From assembly GCA_027858855.1 (NCBI GenBank), contig JAQIBV010000038.1, forward strand, positions 31,966 through 95,965: a stretch of DNA of 64,000 nt, given 5' to 3'. Of the stretch, positions 51,701-60,975 are shown one piece after another. Position numbers and translations under genes: made by a program. The DNA is from Spirochaetota bacterium. GTDB taxonomy: Bacteria > Spirochaetota > UBA4802 > JAFGJZ01. Each line of letters starts with the position of its first letter. Position 1 is the first letter of the stretch. The notes under the pieces were generated by a model. That model was not told the DNA's origin. It saw only the letters and a list, made by a program, of their open reading frames with translations, and did no database searches.

Positions 51701-51999
51701 TGTATGTCGACTTTATTAATAAGGCGCGTGATCGTGGCGAAGATACCTATACTGCGTCCCTTGATGCCGGTTATAAGCGGCTTCGGCCGATTTTACTCAC
51801 CACAATTACGACTATTGTGGGTTTAATCCCAACAGCATATGGTCTTGGCGGTAGCGATCCATTCCTTGTTCCTATGGCTGTGGCAATGGCCTATGGACTG
51901 ATGTTCGGTACGACCATTACACTGTTTGCAACACCGGTAATTTATAACATATTTTATCGTAAAGCCTGTAAAGAGGGCATTAAAAGCTGTCTGGACTAG
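48793..51999 (+). CDS. RND efflux permease (HAE1 family, AcrB/AcrD-like)
   Basis: 1068 aa, 12-TM RND architecture with two large periplasmic loops. GTG start with an aggag RBS. No adjacent MFP or OMF genes. Confidence 0.8.
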   Translation: MKKFIEYLLKNSLIINLISVSIVIAGLLFMFNANREAFPQVDFGWVIIQTVYPGATPVDVEKLVSKPIEDQLREVNNIKQVSSSSLESISFVACELDPDLKNKDKTIQLIKDAVAKVNDLPDDVEDPVVTELSMAEIPVLRVSIMNKNGIQNDDDEFELRNYAKRMQDQLMMLEGAAEIKMNGYRDREMHVEVSLDKLDEYYVALNTITGALSAKNINFPGGIAQDNNEDVVIRTIGEFDTAEDISVLAIRANDVGGTVSIGDVANVRDTLAKEEIINKVNGAKSITLTIISREKYDVITLVEKAREIVTEYQEVLPENYEVVLTDDLSKYVIRRLDVLKGNGLLGIILVILALFIALGWRISLVTALGLPIAFTGTFWFMGVQGISINLISMFALIMVLGMLVDDAIIVAENIYRHLEEGDPLLEAVVNGTHEVMIPVAGTIMTTIAAFAPLLFMGGIMGKFMWALPACVSIALTMSWIESMLILPSHIYDVEKRFKHREKYFEKKQKKKEKHESKTSRFQLRKRYVSTLALFLRHKFIFIALLLVFFFGSVGFAVKKVEFELFPGGGIEVCVVLMEASSGTSLEVMDGKVRRIEETISSLPAEYVESFVSRTGFYGQDEGDPNGKLGSKYASIIINLTPFQQRDVTAEEILEQLRKETESISSELNKIEFKMVENGPPSDGDVNISVRGEEFDVLEKIADEYSEYLHSITGVENVADNYEAEKREMRIYVNQGIAMRTGISVFDVASTVRICYEGSVATSIKRSEEEIDVRVILPKESRQSLDRLDDIKIANRTGGLIPLKEVAIFEEGIGISAVSRKGWRRSIDVTADIVPPKPKEGEELSFFEGIKKAFTEKPLTAIDVNLMVMEKFKDIERRYPGYSVSYEGEFKDTEDAFIRLRNSYIIAMLAIYIILVALFHNLRQPLIVMSIIPFTLTGVIWSFFFHGLPLSFMALMGVVGLGGVVVNDSIVYVDFINKARDRGEDTYTASLDAGYKRLRPILLTTITTIVGLIPTAYGLGGSDPFLVPMAVAMAYGLMFGTTITLFATPVIYNIFYRKACKEGIKSCLD

Positions 52000-52168
52000 A
52001 AAATAGGGAATTAACAGTACTTGGGTATTAGCTAATCAGGCATCGGATTTGACATCCGGTGCCTGGCAAGTGTCAAACTTTGAGAAAAGTCAGAGTCTTC
52101 CAAGAGTAGACGAGGACACCCCTTTGGGGGAGTTGGGTTGTTGAGGGATCTGGTTATGTTGCCTTGTA

Positions 52169-52531
52169 TTAGATAATGAAAATTGTTTCAACTCCACTAC
52201 TTTTGAGCTGGTCGCATAAATTATTAACTATAGACAACCCGATTCCCTGTTTGCGATAAATCGGATCAACTATTATGTGTGCCAACCATGTGCTTTTTTT
52301 GAACGAGATACTGCATCCAATACCAGCTAAGTGATTGTTGATTACAGCCTTAACCGGATTGCACCAGTTTCGATTATTAAAATAGAATTGAAAGCTGGGA
52401 ATAATATCCAGCCATCCGGATGGCTGTAAGTTTTGGATGAATGGTATGTCTTCAGCTGTAATCTTTTCGATAATCATTTTAACAGCCTCTGAGGTTTGAA
52501 TATTTGGACTCTGTTTTGTACAGCCATTCAC
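52169..52531 (-). CDS. GNAT-family N-acetyltransferase, apparently C-terminally truncated
   Basis: Motif A (…VDPIYRKQGIGLS…) present, but the ORF ends ~35 aa after it. No continuation in other frames downstream. Confidence 0.45.
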   Translation of the reverse strand: MNGCTKQSPNIQTSEAVKMIIEKITAEDIPFIQNLQPSGWLDIIPSFQFYFNNRNWCNPVKAVINNHLAGIGCSISFKKSTWLAHIIVDPIYRKQGIGLSIVNNLCDQLKSSGVETIFII

Positions 52532-52562
52532 TTAAAACGAGTTGATGTTGGTTGTAAAGTTC

Positions 52563-53687
52563 TTATTGAAATGTTAATCTGCGTATTGCTTGTTTAAACA
52601 CATGAGAAGCATGTTTGAGCTTCTTTTCATCAGGGAATAATAGTACCTCTTTGGCAATATGTTCACAATATCCGCAGTCACTGCAATCCATAGTGCTGCA
52701 TCTGTGATTCTTAAAAAAATCAATAAAACCGTTAAGTTTTTGGTTCTTGATGTATGGTTGCAATGTTTGTAGATTCTCAAGCAGAGGTGCCGTATTGATA
52801 GAACCTTTAAACTTTGCTTGTATTTCATACAGTAATCCAAGCTTAAAAGACATTAAGTCCATCAAATTTTCTTCGTACTTTCGGGATAGGTAAGCACGGG
52901 TAATCTTGAGTATAAGATGAGTTGGGAAAATTCGCTCAACCAGTTTAAATGTATCTATACCAATTTCTTCATATACTTGTAAATCTTCTGGCCGAATCCA
53001 TGGTGATCTAATGATTTCTGTTGGGTTATCGATAAATGTACTAGTACATGAATAGCAGCAATAATTATCACCTTCTATCGGATCTTCTGCTTCTTGAGAT
53101 GCATGTGAATTTCGGACGCAGTGTTCCAAGGCATAGGGACACTGATAGAGGCAGAAAAGATTTGTCATTAACACTAAATTACAGCTAAGCTTGGATTTTA
53201 ATAGTTCCAATGTATGAAAGTCTCTGTTTGCATTGAAGTCAAGGGTAATTTCGTCGACACCCATACTTTCATAAAACTGAGCCTTCTGTAATGTATGTAT
53301 TCGTGCAAAACTGGATACAGTGATTTTTATATGTGGATGCCTTTTCTTCATAACTTTAATAAGGTATGGGGAGGCGATAGTTACTCGTTTTGTGCCGGTT
53401 GCAGCTACCAAATCCAGGGTTTCAAGAAGCTTCTGTTGCCATTCTTTATTGGCAGTGTTGCCTCCTAAGCATGCACTGTTTAGCAGATAGTTAAATTCTA
53501 TACCTGCTCCCTGTGCTTTGCGGATAAACGCTACAATTTCATCTTGGGTTACTTTTGGAAGAAGATGTGAGTTGCGTCCACCGCCAATATGGTCTGCATC
53601 AGCTTTTGCGTAAAAGGTACGTACGTCTGTATCTTTTAATTTTTCAATAAGGGTGTTGTCCCAGTTGCATGGTACTATTAGATTCAT
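52563..53687 (-). CDS. Peptidase-U32-family protein (Fe–S-type, UbiU/RlhA/TrhP-related fold)
   Basis: N-terminal LIVPCNWDNTLIEKL (cf. ELLAPAGNLE.LKAAI). Core …ITVSSFARIHTLQKAQFYESMGVDEITLD… parallels U32 (aGhalN.yN…l..lG..r..mpvELs). Cys-rich C-terminus (CSTMDCSDCGYCEH). Confidence 0.45.
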   Translation of the reverse strand: MNLIVPCNWDNTLIEKLKDTDVRTFYAKADADHIGGGRNSHLLPKVTQDEIVAFIRKAQGAGIEFNYLLNSACLGGNTANKEWQQKLLETLDLVAATGTKRVTIASPYLIKVMKKRHPHIKITVSSFARIHTLQKAQFYESMGVDEITLDFNANRDFHTLELLKSKLSCNLVLMTNLFCLYQCPYALEHCVRNSHASQEAEDPIEGDNYCCYSCTSTFIDNPTEIIRSPWIRPEDLQVYEEIGIDTFKLVERIFPTHLILKITRAYLSRKYEENLMDLMSFKLGLLYEIQAKFKGSINTAPLLENLQTLQPYIKNQKLNGFIDFFKNHRCSTMDCSDCGYCEHIAKEVLLFPDEKKLKHASHVFKQAIRRLTFQ

Positions 53688-53692
53688 AGTTA

Positions 53693-54817
53693 TTATAGTT
53701 CCTTTATGCTTTCATCTATTTTGATTCCAACATGACGCCCCGGTGTATCCGTAAATCCTAATAAAAAATCTCCTACTTTTATTTCTCGGGATGGACGGAT
53801 CTTTCCCTCGGCCCCAATCATCCGAACGTGCCAATCATCTTGAATAAAAACATTTACGAGCGAATCATTAATCTTCGCTTCTACCATTAAAAGAGGGCGG
53901 CGTTCTTTTTTAATACGACCAATTGTGACGGTTCTTGCTTGGCCGTTGCTGTTTACAATCCATATTGTGTTGCCTGCATGTAAGTCAGAAAGATAATATG
54001 CTTTCTGATCCGGCCCCCATGTATACATATGAAGCCCCCCCGCATTTACACGAAAGGGACGAAGATCCATGTAAGGAAGATAATGAGTTTCGCTGCAAAG
54101 CATCAATCCCCCGGAAGAGGTTGATCCAAGGATCATTCCCTCATCCTGACTTAATTCAGAGGTTGTGTCTACACAAACCCGGTCTCCCATTCCGGCGTGA
54201 ATAATGCGAGTTACTTCTGCCGGGGCAAGTTCTAGCTGACTATTCCGGGTGTTGTCAAATGTGCTAGCCATAGCAACTACTTCATCAACCGCAGATGTGG
54301 AAAGAGCAACTCCATGACTGCCGGATTCCATTGTCTGGAGGCTGAGCATTCCATCGGTAGAATTTGTAACAAGTTTGAATATACGGCACGTTGTTTTTTG
54401 ATTTTCGGCAATAAGAAGTTCCAGTGGAATGTTCGTCGGATCTTTAAAGTCTACAAGCAATGATGCTGCTGTCAAAGAGAGTTCTCGTGCATAATTGAGG
54501 TCCTTTTGATTATTGATGCGTAAGAAATATCCTGGAGTAAATCCTGACTCAATTAAATCCTGAGCTAGCTCTCTTTCTTTTAGATATACATAGTCGCAAT
54601 CAGTATGTAACTCGACGGTATTGCAGAATTCCTTTATTTCAGATTGAGAACTAAGAATGTATCCAAATCTGAATTTTCTGGGAGGATGAATAATGCTCAA
54701 AATTGTTCTGTTATTCCATTCAGTAAAAATATGAGTGTATTCACATTGATATATCTTTTCAAGGAGTTCCGAAGAAGTCGTATCCTTCAGGTAAAAAGCA
54801 AGTTCTTTATTATCCAT
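53693..54817 (-). CDS. 3-dehydroquinate-synthase type II (archaeal AroB′, PF01959-like) family protein
   Basis: C-terminal signature …GRIKKERRPLLMVEA…GRHVGIKIDESI… and …LLVDFKD.TNIPLELLIAE… match recalled hallmarks of DHQS-II. Confidence 0.5.
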   Translation of the reverse strand: MDNKELAFYLKDTTSSELLEKIYQCEYTHIFTEWNNRTILSIIHPPRKFRFGYILSSQSEIKEFCNTVELHTDCDYVYLKERELAQDLIESGFTPGYFLRINNQKDLNYARELSLTAASLLVDFKDPTNIPLELLIAENQKTTCRIFKLVTNSTDGMLSLQTMESGSHGVALSTSAVDEVVAMASTFDNTRNSQLELAPAEVTRIIHAGMGDRVCVDTTSELSQDEGMILGSTSSGGLMLCSETHYLPYMDLRPFRVNAGGLHMYTWGPDQKAYYLSDLHAGNTIWIVNSNGQARTVTIGRIKKERRPLLMVEAKINDSLVNVFIQDDWHVRMIGAEGKIRPSREIKVGDFLLGFTDTPGRHVGIKIDESIKEL

Positions 54818-54824
54818 TATATGC

Positions 54825-55814
54825 CTACTTTACAGTAAAAGATTTGTCCAGACAAATGACTTCTATTGGGAAATCTTCTTCAATAATACCTTCCTTAGCG
54901 TAGAAATCGATAGCAGGCTGCATTGCTTTGTAGTCAAATTCGTTGTGCTGTAACGCTCCTTTCGAAGGTGCTCCCATTTTTAGTACGATATTTTCTTCAA
55001 GGTCAAGATTCTTGGCTAAGTGTTTTCGGGCAACTACGTTGTGATTCTGACTAAAATTCATGGCTCTGTAAAAAATACTAATTGTTTTCTTAGCCAGTTC
55101 AGGATGCTCATGTAAAAATTTTGTTGAGATAGCTGATGCGCCGGAAGGATAACGACCTAGGACAAACTCAGCAAGAGCGTCGCCGCCGATTATTCTTGCA
55201 AGTCCCTTTTCTTTTCCAATGGTGGCGATGGGTTCGATTGTAAAAACAGCATCGATACGACCGGAGCTCAGTGCTTCTAAATGTGCTTGAGGAGGAAGGT
55301 TAATGGTTTTATAGCTTACATCTGGACCAAAAGTTTTGTGCATTCCGATACGGCAGTATACTTGTTGTGCTGAGCCGGGAAGTAGTCCAATGGTTTTACC
55401 GCGTAAATCCTTGAATGAATTAATATCTGATTTAGTAGAGACTATGATTTTACTTATAGAGAATTCCTTAGTGGCCATCCCAACCTGAAATAGCTTGAAT
55501 TTACTTTTATCATTTACCGCAAGTGCAAAGTAGGGGAGAGAGGAGATCATTAATCCAATATCAACATGATTATTGAATACGGCTTCTGCTACGAGATTAC
55601 TTGATTTAAAAGGTATTACTTCAACATCAACCCCAGCTTTTTCAAAATAACCCTCTTCCAACGCAATGTATACTTGCATAGCACCGTATGAGTTTAGACA
55701 GCCAATTCGAACGGTACGATTTTTATCTTGGCTGCATGCTGTAATAAAAATTAAAGAGGTAAGTATGATAAATATTGTAAAGAATTGTTTTGAAAATTTA
55801 AATAGACCTTTCAT
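54825..55814 (-). CDS. ABC-transporter substrate-binding lipoprotein, NMT1/THI5–SsuA/TauA-like
   Basis: Lipobox (FITACSQ). NMT1-like fold signature (…YIALEEGYFEKAGVDVEVIPF…VDIGLM…). Confidence 0.65.
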   Translation of the reverse strand: MKGLFKFSKQFFTIFIILTSLIFITACSQDKNRTVRIGCLNSYGAMQVYIALEEGYFEKAGVDVEVIPFKSSNLVAEAVFNNHVDIGLMISSLPYFALAVNDKSKFKLFQVGMATKEFSISKIIVSTKSDINSFKDLRGKTIGLLPGSAQQVYCRIGMHKTFGPDVSYKTINLPPQAHLEALSSGRIDAVFTIEPIATIGKEKGLARIIGGDALAEFVLGRYPSGASAISTKFLHEHPELAKKTISIFYRAMNFSQNHNVVARKHLAKNLDLEENIVLKMGAPSKGALQHNEFDYKAMQPAIDFYAKEGIIEEDFPIEVICLDKSFTVK

Positions 55815-55874
55815 AAGACACCTTTTAACTAATTATTTTATTATACTGTAAATATTTCTTATAGTTCTATATGT

Positions 55875-56645
55875 TCAAGAACTAAGAGACGGTACAAGTG
55901 AACTAATGTTTTCGAAAAGAATCTTATTCCGGTCTGATTCGCTGATTGGTAATTCATCGATCTTAAATAATTCAATTGCAGAGGTGCTCATAGGAAATTC
56001 GGTTCCGAAAATTATTTTGTTGGCTCCTGTTTTCTTGAGTGCTTCAACAAGATTAAGAAAACAGGCAGAAGATGTTTCAAGAAAAAGATTCTTTTGTTTT
56101 GCCGCAAAGTTCAGGGCATGTGTGTCCAGGGCGCCAAATCCCATGTGTCCTATAATAAAGTTTGTGTTAAGATGTTTTTTTGCAAATTCAGCATATTTTG
56201 TGGTACTAGCCCCCGGATTAAACAGAGTATGTGAGTAAATTGGCATATGTCTTTGTCCGCATTCGTCAGCAATGGTATCAAGCATATTGCCTGAGAAAGC
56301 AAATGTATGGCTCATAGGGTTCAATTTAACACCAACACAACCGGCGCTAATTCCGGCTTGAAATGTTTCCAGTGCTTTATCGCCTTCCAGAGGATTTATG
56401 CATACAAAACCCTTTAATCTATCGGGATATTTCTTCAGCGCATCGAATACAACATGATTTGGGATCTCTTGGGAAGCTTTTTTTTCTCCTGTAATGTATA
56501 GAGACATCTCTCTAACGTCTACCATTCCACCGGGTACAACAATGCCCTTGTCTATTCCTGATTTGTCATAGGATTTGACAAGAAGGTCTACGCTACCATA
56601 TTCCGCTTCTGTGATATGCGCGTGTGCATCAATAATCATAATCAA
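55875..56645 (-). CDS. Amidohydrolase-2 family metal-dependent hydrolase/decarboxylase (TIM barrel)
   Basis: IIDAHAHI N-terminal metal motif, 256 aa. Confidence 0.65.
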   Translation of the reverse strand: MIMIIDAHAHITEAEYGSVDLLVKSYDKSGIDKGIVVPGGMVDVREMSLYITGEKKASQEIPNHVVFDALKKYPDRLKGFVCINPLEGDKALETFQAGISAGCVGVKLNPMSHTFAFSGNMLDTIADECGQRHMPIYSHTLFNPGASTTKYAEFAKKHLNTNFIIGHMGFGALDTHALNFAAKQKNLFLETSSACFLNLVEALKKTGANKIIFGTEFPMSTSAIELFKIDELPISESDRNKILFENISSLVPSLSS

Positions 56646-57982
56646 TTCTCCTCTCGTATGATTCGTACAGTTTTTCCACCGGTTCGTGGAATTTTGTCGA
56701 CGACTTCGATTTTATGTATCTCTCCTAAGATATATTCCATTTGGCATTTTATCTTGTCTCTCAGTTCAGGAGTGTTTTCTATTCCGCATTTTAGTTCAAT
56801 CCGAAGGGTCAGACCGCTTTTTGTAAATATAAACTGATGACTGTTTCCCATTTCCGGTATTTTATAAAGGAGATCTTCTGCTTGGAAAGGTGAAAATGAT
56901 TGTCCGGCAACAGCTAATTGATCTTGTATTCTTCCACGTAAAAAAAGACGTGCGGTTTTTCTACCACATGGGCAGGGCGCAGTTTCGATAAAAACTTTAT
57001 CCTGCACTCTGTAGCGGATTAAAGGTGCGCCGACACGGTTTAAAGAAGTTACCACTAATTCGCCAATATTTCCAGGTGGTAATATGTCGCCGGTTTGTGG
57101 ATTGATAACCTCCATATGTATAAATGATTCATATATATGGAATCCGTTTTGTTCATCGCACTCTACACCAAGTGGGCCGCATTCAAGTGAACCATAGTTT
57201 CTGAATACCTTGCAGTTCCAAATGTTCTGGAGTCTGTCTCGATATGAGTTGGAGCACCCCTCGCCGGTTATCCACATCTTCTTTAGACCGATATCCTTTA
57301 TTATGTTTATACCATTTTCTTCAGCTATTTCTGACAGATACATGGCGTAACTTGGAGTAGTAAGTATAACATCGGCCTTCAAATCCTTCATAATAATGAT
57401 TGTTTTCAGGGGATCTGAGTAAAACCCTCCTTTGCCCGTATTGACGACTATTGAATTGGTGCTGTTTTCATGGACGCGATGAAGAGATATGCCAGCAGAA
57501 CTCATTTCGTAGGGCAAAGCGATGATGACTATATCACCTGGGTCAATGTTGGCAGAAGTGTTTGGTTTAATATATTTACTTATAGTGTAAAATTCTTCCC
57601 AGGTATGAAGTTGGTAGATGTGATCTCCTATGCTTTGACTTGTAGTTCCGGTTGACATATGAATATGTGAAATTTCTTTCTTGGGGACTGAAAGCAAAAG
57701 CCATGGATTTCCTCGTAATGCATCTTTTTGTAGAAATGGGAATTTTTCTAGATCATCTAAATTTGTAAAGTCTTCAGGTGTAACGTTATGATTCTTAAAT
57801 TGTTCCTGGTAGTAGGTGTTATTGTTATATGCATGTTTTAAGGTGAACTCTATTGCTTTTTGATGATATTCTTCAACTAATTTTTTTGGCCAGTTTGATA
57901 TATGCTCCGGTTCCTGATTCGGGAAGTATTTTTGAAAAAGTTCAGGCCATTGAAATGTGCCCAAGGGATCTAGTTTGTTCAT
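56642..57982 (-). CDS. Phenylacetate-CoA-ligase-family adenylate-forming enzyme (PaaK/F390-synthetase-like)
   Basis: AMP-binding P-loop analogue HMSTGTTSQ. PaaK-family length and C-terminal domain. 4-nt overlap with the amidohydrolase gene. Confidence 0.65.
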   Translation of the reverse strand: MNKLDPLGTFQWPELFQKYFPNQEPEHISNWPKKLVEEYHQKAIEFTLKHAYNNNTYYQEQFKNHNVTPEDFTNLDDLEKFPFLQKDALRGNPWLLLSVPKKEISHIHMSTGTTSQSIGDHIYQLHTWEEFYTISKYIKPNTSANIDPGDIVIIALPYEMSSAGISLHRVHENSTNSIVVNTGKGGFYSDPLKTIIIMKDLKADVILTTPSYAMYLSEIAEENGINIIKDIGLKKMWITGEGCSNSYRDRLQNIWNCKVFRNYGSLECGPLGVECDEQNGFHIYESFIHMEVINPQTGDILPPGNIGELVVTSLNRVGAPLIRYRVQDKVFIETAPCPCGRKTARLFLRGRIQDQLAVAGQSFSPFQAEDLLYKIPEMGNSHQFIFTKSGLTLRIELKCGIENTPELRDKIKCQMEYILGEIHKIEVVDKIPRTGGKTVRIIREEN

Positions 57983-58054
57983 AGTGTCTCCTTATGAAAT
58001 GGTATTGTGACTCTCCGTTTTGGATAATTGATCTGTTATTAAAATAACGTAAGT

Positions 58055-58873
58055 CTAATATGTGCCACATGTTGTCGCTGATGATGTGATTTGATGATCT
58101 ATTGGTAATCTGCTGTTTTGAAAATCAGTAAAGAGGATTTTTTTATAATTTATAAATTCGCTGTTGTGTTTGATTTTTTGTGTTCTTGTATAAGGAAAGG
58201 AAACTTCCATTCTATTTGTAATAGTAGCTGGTTTGTTGCTCATGAGAAGACATAAATCTCCAAGATATACGGCCTCTTCCACATCATGAGATATTAACAA
58301 AATTGATACTTTTGTGCGTTTCTGTAGTTCCAGAATTTTGTCTTCCATAAAAAAGCGATAATTAAGATCTAAAGCCCCGAGAGGTTCGTCCATTAGTAAT
58401 AGATCGGGAGAGTGTATTAAACCCCGTATCAACGCTGCAGACTGAGCCATTCCGCCACTTAAATGATAAGGGTATAAATCAAGATAACTGCTTAAGAATT
58501 CAAACCCCATATCTTCAATAAAGTTGCGGGTCTGTTCGCGTGCATATTTTTTCTTAATTCCCTGTTGTTCTAGAGGTAAACAAATATTATCCAATACCGT
58601 AAGCCAGGGAAAGAGTGATCGTTTATAATCCTGAAAGACAAACCCAATGCCAGTTTCTTCTGGTTTCTTGTTATTAATTAGAATAGTTCCAGAATCTTTA
58701 TCAAGTAAACCTGCTATAAGATAAAAGAGAGATGTTTTTCCGCATCCGTTTCCTCCAATAAAACAGGTGATTTTTTCGGTAGGCAACTCAATCGAAAAGT
58801 TTTTATACACATCTACGTTTTTGTTTTCATTTTTTAAGTGATATGTCTTGCTCAGGTTATATATACTAATCAT
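58055..58873 (-). CDS. ABC transporter ATP-binding protein (NitT/TauT-family-like)
   Basis: Walker A GGNGCGKTS, signature LSGGMAQ, Walker B LLLMDEP. Confidence 0.8.
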   Translation of the reverse strand: MISIYNLSKTYHLKNENKNVDVYKNFSIELPTEKITCFIGGNGCGKTSLFYLIAGLLDKDSGTILINNKKPEETGIGFVFQDYKRSLFPWLTVLDNICLPLEQQGIKKKYAREQTRNFIEDMGFEFLSSYLDLYPYHLSGGMAQSAALIRGLIHSPDLLLMDEPLGALDLNYRFFMEDKILELQKRTKVSILLISHDVEEAVYLGDLCLLMSNKPATITNRMEVSFPYTRTQKIKHNSEFINYKKILFTDFQNSRLPIDHQITSSATTCGTY

Positions 58874-59610
58874 GCTTCACCTTTCCAGTGTACAATTTTT
58901 TTTTCAAGAAAAGTAAAGAGGCGATTAAAGACAAAGCCAAGAGTCCCGGCTATAATAATTGCTGCATACATCTCTTTTGTTTTGTAAGAAAGTTGAGCAT
59001 TATAAATGACAGCTCCTAATCCATCAGATGCCATGAGTATTTCAACAACAATAGAGATTGCTAAGCATAATGAGAGGCTTATTTTTAATCCAGCAAAAAT
59101 ATGAGGCAGTGCTTCGGGTAGGTACACCTTCAACAATTGTCTTCGTGGAGTCATTTTCATTGCATTGGCTGTATAGATGCGTATTTTTTCACTGTTTTTA
59201 ACACCATAGCAGGTATTTACAATAATTATAAGAGAACCGGCAACATAGATAACAGCAATACGAGCTATATCATTTGGACCAAAGACGAGAATAAAAAGGG
59301 GAATTAATGAAGGAATCGGGAGCGCGCGTAGAAATTCTATAGAAAAGCCCAGCAGGTTGTATAATGGTTTGGAAAAACCTAATAGTAATCCAAGTGGAAT
59401 TCCTATTAGTATGCTAAGACCAAATGCTTGCATTACTCTTGAAAGTGTGAATAGCATGTTTTTTATTAGTTCCCCTGAAATAATAAAAAACCCAAGGGCT
59501 CTAAATATTTCATGGGGTGGGGGAAGAAAAAGAGTATTGATAATTTTACTAAAATATAGTAAATACCACACTGCAAAGAAGAAGGCTGCTCCAATAAGAC
59601 TGTCTTTCAT
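58870..59610 (-). CDS. ABC transporter permease (SsuC/TauC-like)
   Basis: 6-TM permease with an EAA-like loop. 4-nt overlap with the ATPase gene. Confidence 0.75.
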   Translation of the reverse strand: MKDSLIGAAFFFAVWYLLYFSKIINTLFLPPPHEIFRALGFFIISGELIKNMLFTLSRVMQAFGLSILIGIPLGLLLGFSKPLYNLLGFSIEFLRALPIPSLIPLFILVFGPNDIARIAVIYVAGSLIIIVNTCYGVKNSEKIRIYTANAMKMTPRRQLLKVYLPEALPHIFAGLKISLSLCLAISIVVEILMASDGLGAVIYNAQLSYKTKEMYAAIIIAGTLGFVFNRLFTFLEKKIVHWKGEA

Positions 59611-60087
59611 AAAAAATCCTGATTATTAGAATGTTTATGCTTTGGTCGCTTGATATTGGTCATATTTAAAAATGAAGATACAGTATAAATAAATGAATTT
59701 GGTGCTGATTATAAGTGTTATGCGCTTTAGAAAAGGCATCGTTCTATATAAAAGATAAGATAATATTTATCTATAAAAATTACAAGTCATTTTGGGATAT
59801 TAAGAAGAAAAATTCCGTAGATATTGTTATAAATTAGTTTTAGATAAAAACTAAGATTATCGATGCTTCGAGCCAGTCGCTATTTGATTGTCATAGCCAA
59901 ATTTATAAAGGCACGTGAATAACAGAAAATATAAATCATCTAGATGTGATGGTAGAGCCGCTCATACTTTAGTCGTAATTAGTATTTGTAATCTCGGCCT
60001 AAAATAATTTGATTATTATTCGTGTTGTTATAGATATGTTGTAATAAAGAAATTAGAGACGACAATAAACAACCGGAGTGTAAATAT

Positions 60088-60975
60088 ATGAAAACTTTTA
60101 AAATGCTTATTTTAATGTCTGTTTTAACTATTGTTTCCTGTTCAAAAGGACCTTCCTCGTTGGTTAACAAAATTGTTTCAGATTCTGGTGTGCCAGAAAT
60201 ACGGCTATATAAGGAGTTCCATTCTGACAAGTTTACTATGGATAAGCTTGAGGCTCATATTTTTTATCCGGAAGGTTATGATGCAAATAGAGAAGAGCCA
60301 TATAAAGTAGCTGCCTATTTTCATGGAGGTGGTTGGAGTCAGGGATCTCCCACAGAGGGCTATCCATATGCCGAGCATTTTGCGTCTCTCGGTTTTGTTG
60401 CAGTCTCTTTTGAATATCGTCTGGTGGACTATGTAAACATCACCGGAATTGAATGTGTAAAGGATGTTAATTCGGCAATTAGATGGCTTCGTACCTATAA
60501 TAAAGAGTTAAATATTGATTCTGATCATATTGCGGCTGTCGGGCTTTCGGCTGGTGGCCATTTGGTAATAGCGAATTCGATGTTTCCCGATATAATTGAA
60601 GAGGGTGAAGATTCGAAAATCAGCTCAGTTCCGAACATTGTTTGGGCATTTGCTCCGCCGGTTAGTTTTAAAAACAATAATTTTTATATGTCAGTTAGTC
60701 TTGACAGCGAACAGGTGTTACAGATTTGTCCAATGACAAACATTAAGCCTGGAAATGTTCCTGTCTATATTATTCATGGAGACCAGGATAGCGTTGTCTA
60801 TTACGATGATTCTGTCGCGTTTGTAAAAAAGATGCAAGAGACCGGTAATGAGAGTGAATTGTGGACGATCAAGGAAGGTAAACACAGTTCTTTCTGGGAA
60901 AACCAGGAACACATGGATTATGTATACACTATTATTAAAGATCAGCTGAAAAAAATTAACTGGATTAAACCATGA
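60088..60975 (+). CDS. α/β-hydrolase-fold esterase/lipase lipoprotein (HSL-like)
   Basis: Lipobox (TIVSCSK), oxyanion HGGGW, nucleophile elbow GLSAGGH. Confidence 0.75.
   Translation: MKTFKMLILMSVLTIVSCSKGPSSLVNKIVSDSGVPEIRLYKEFHSDKFTMDKLEAHIFYPEGYDANREEPYKVAAYFHGGGWSQGSPTEGYPYAEHFASLGFVAVSFEYRLVDYVNITGIECVKDVNSAIRWLRTYNKELNIDSDHIAAVGLSAGGHLVIANSMFPDIIEEGEDSKISSVPNIVWAFAPPVSFKNNNFYMSVSLDSEQVLQICPMTNIKPGNVPVYIIHGDQDSVVYYDDSVAFVKKMQETGNESELWTIKEGKHSSFWENQEHMDYVYTIIKDQLKKINWIKP

Noticed and set aside
59611-60087. TPP riboswitch upstream of the THI5/NMT1-like ABC operon
   Set aside because: I looked for the conserved CUGAGA and ACCUGAUCUGGAUAAUGC-like cores on the operon strand and did not find them. 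The leader is simply AT-rich.
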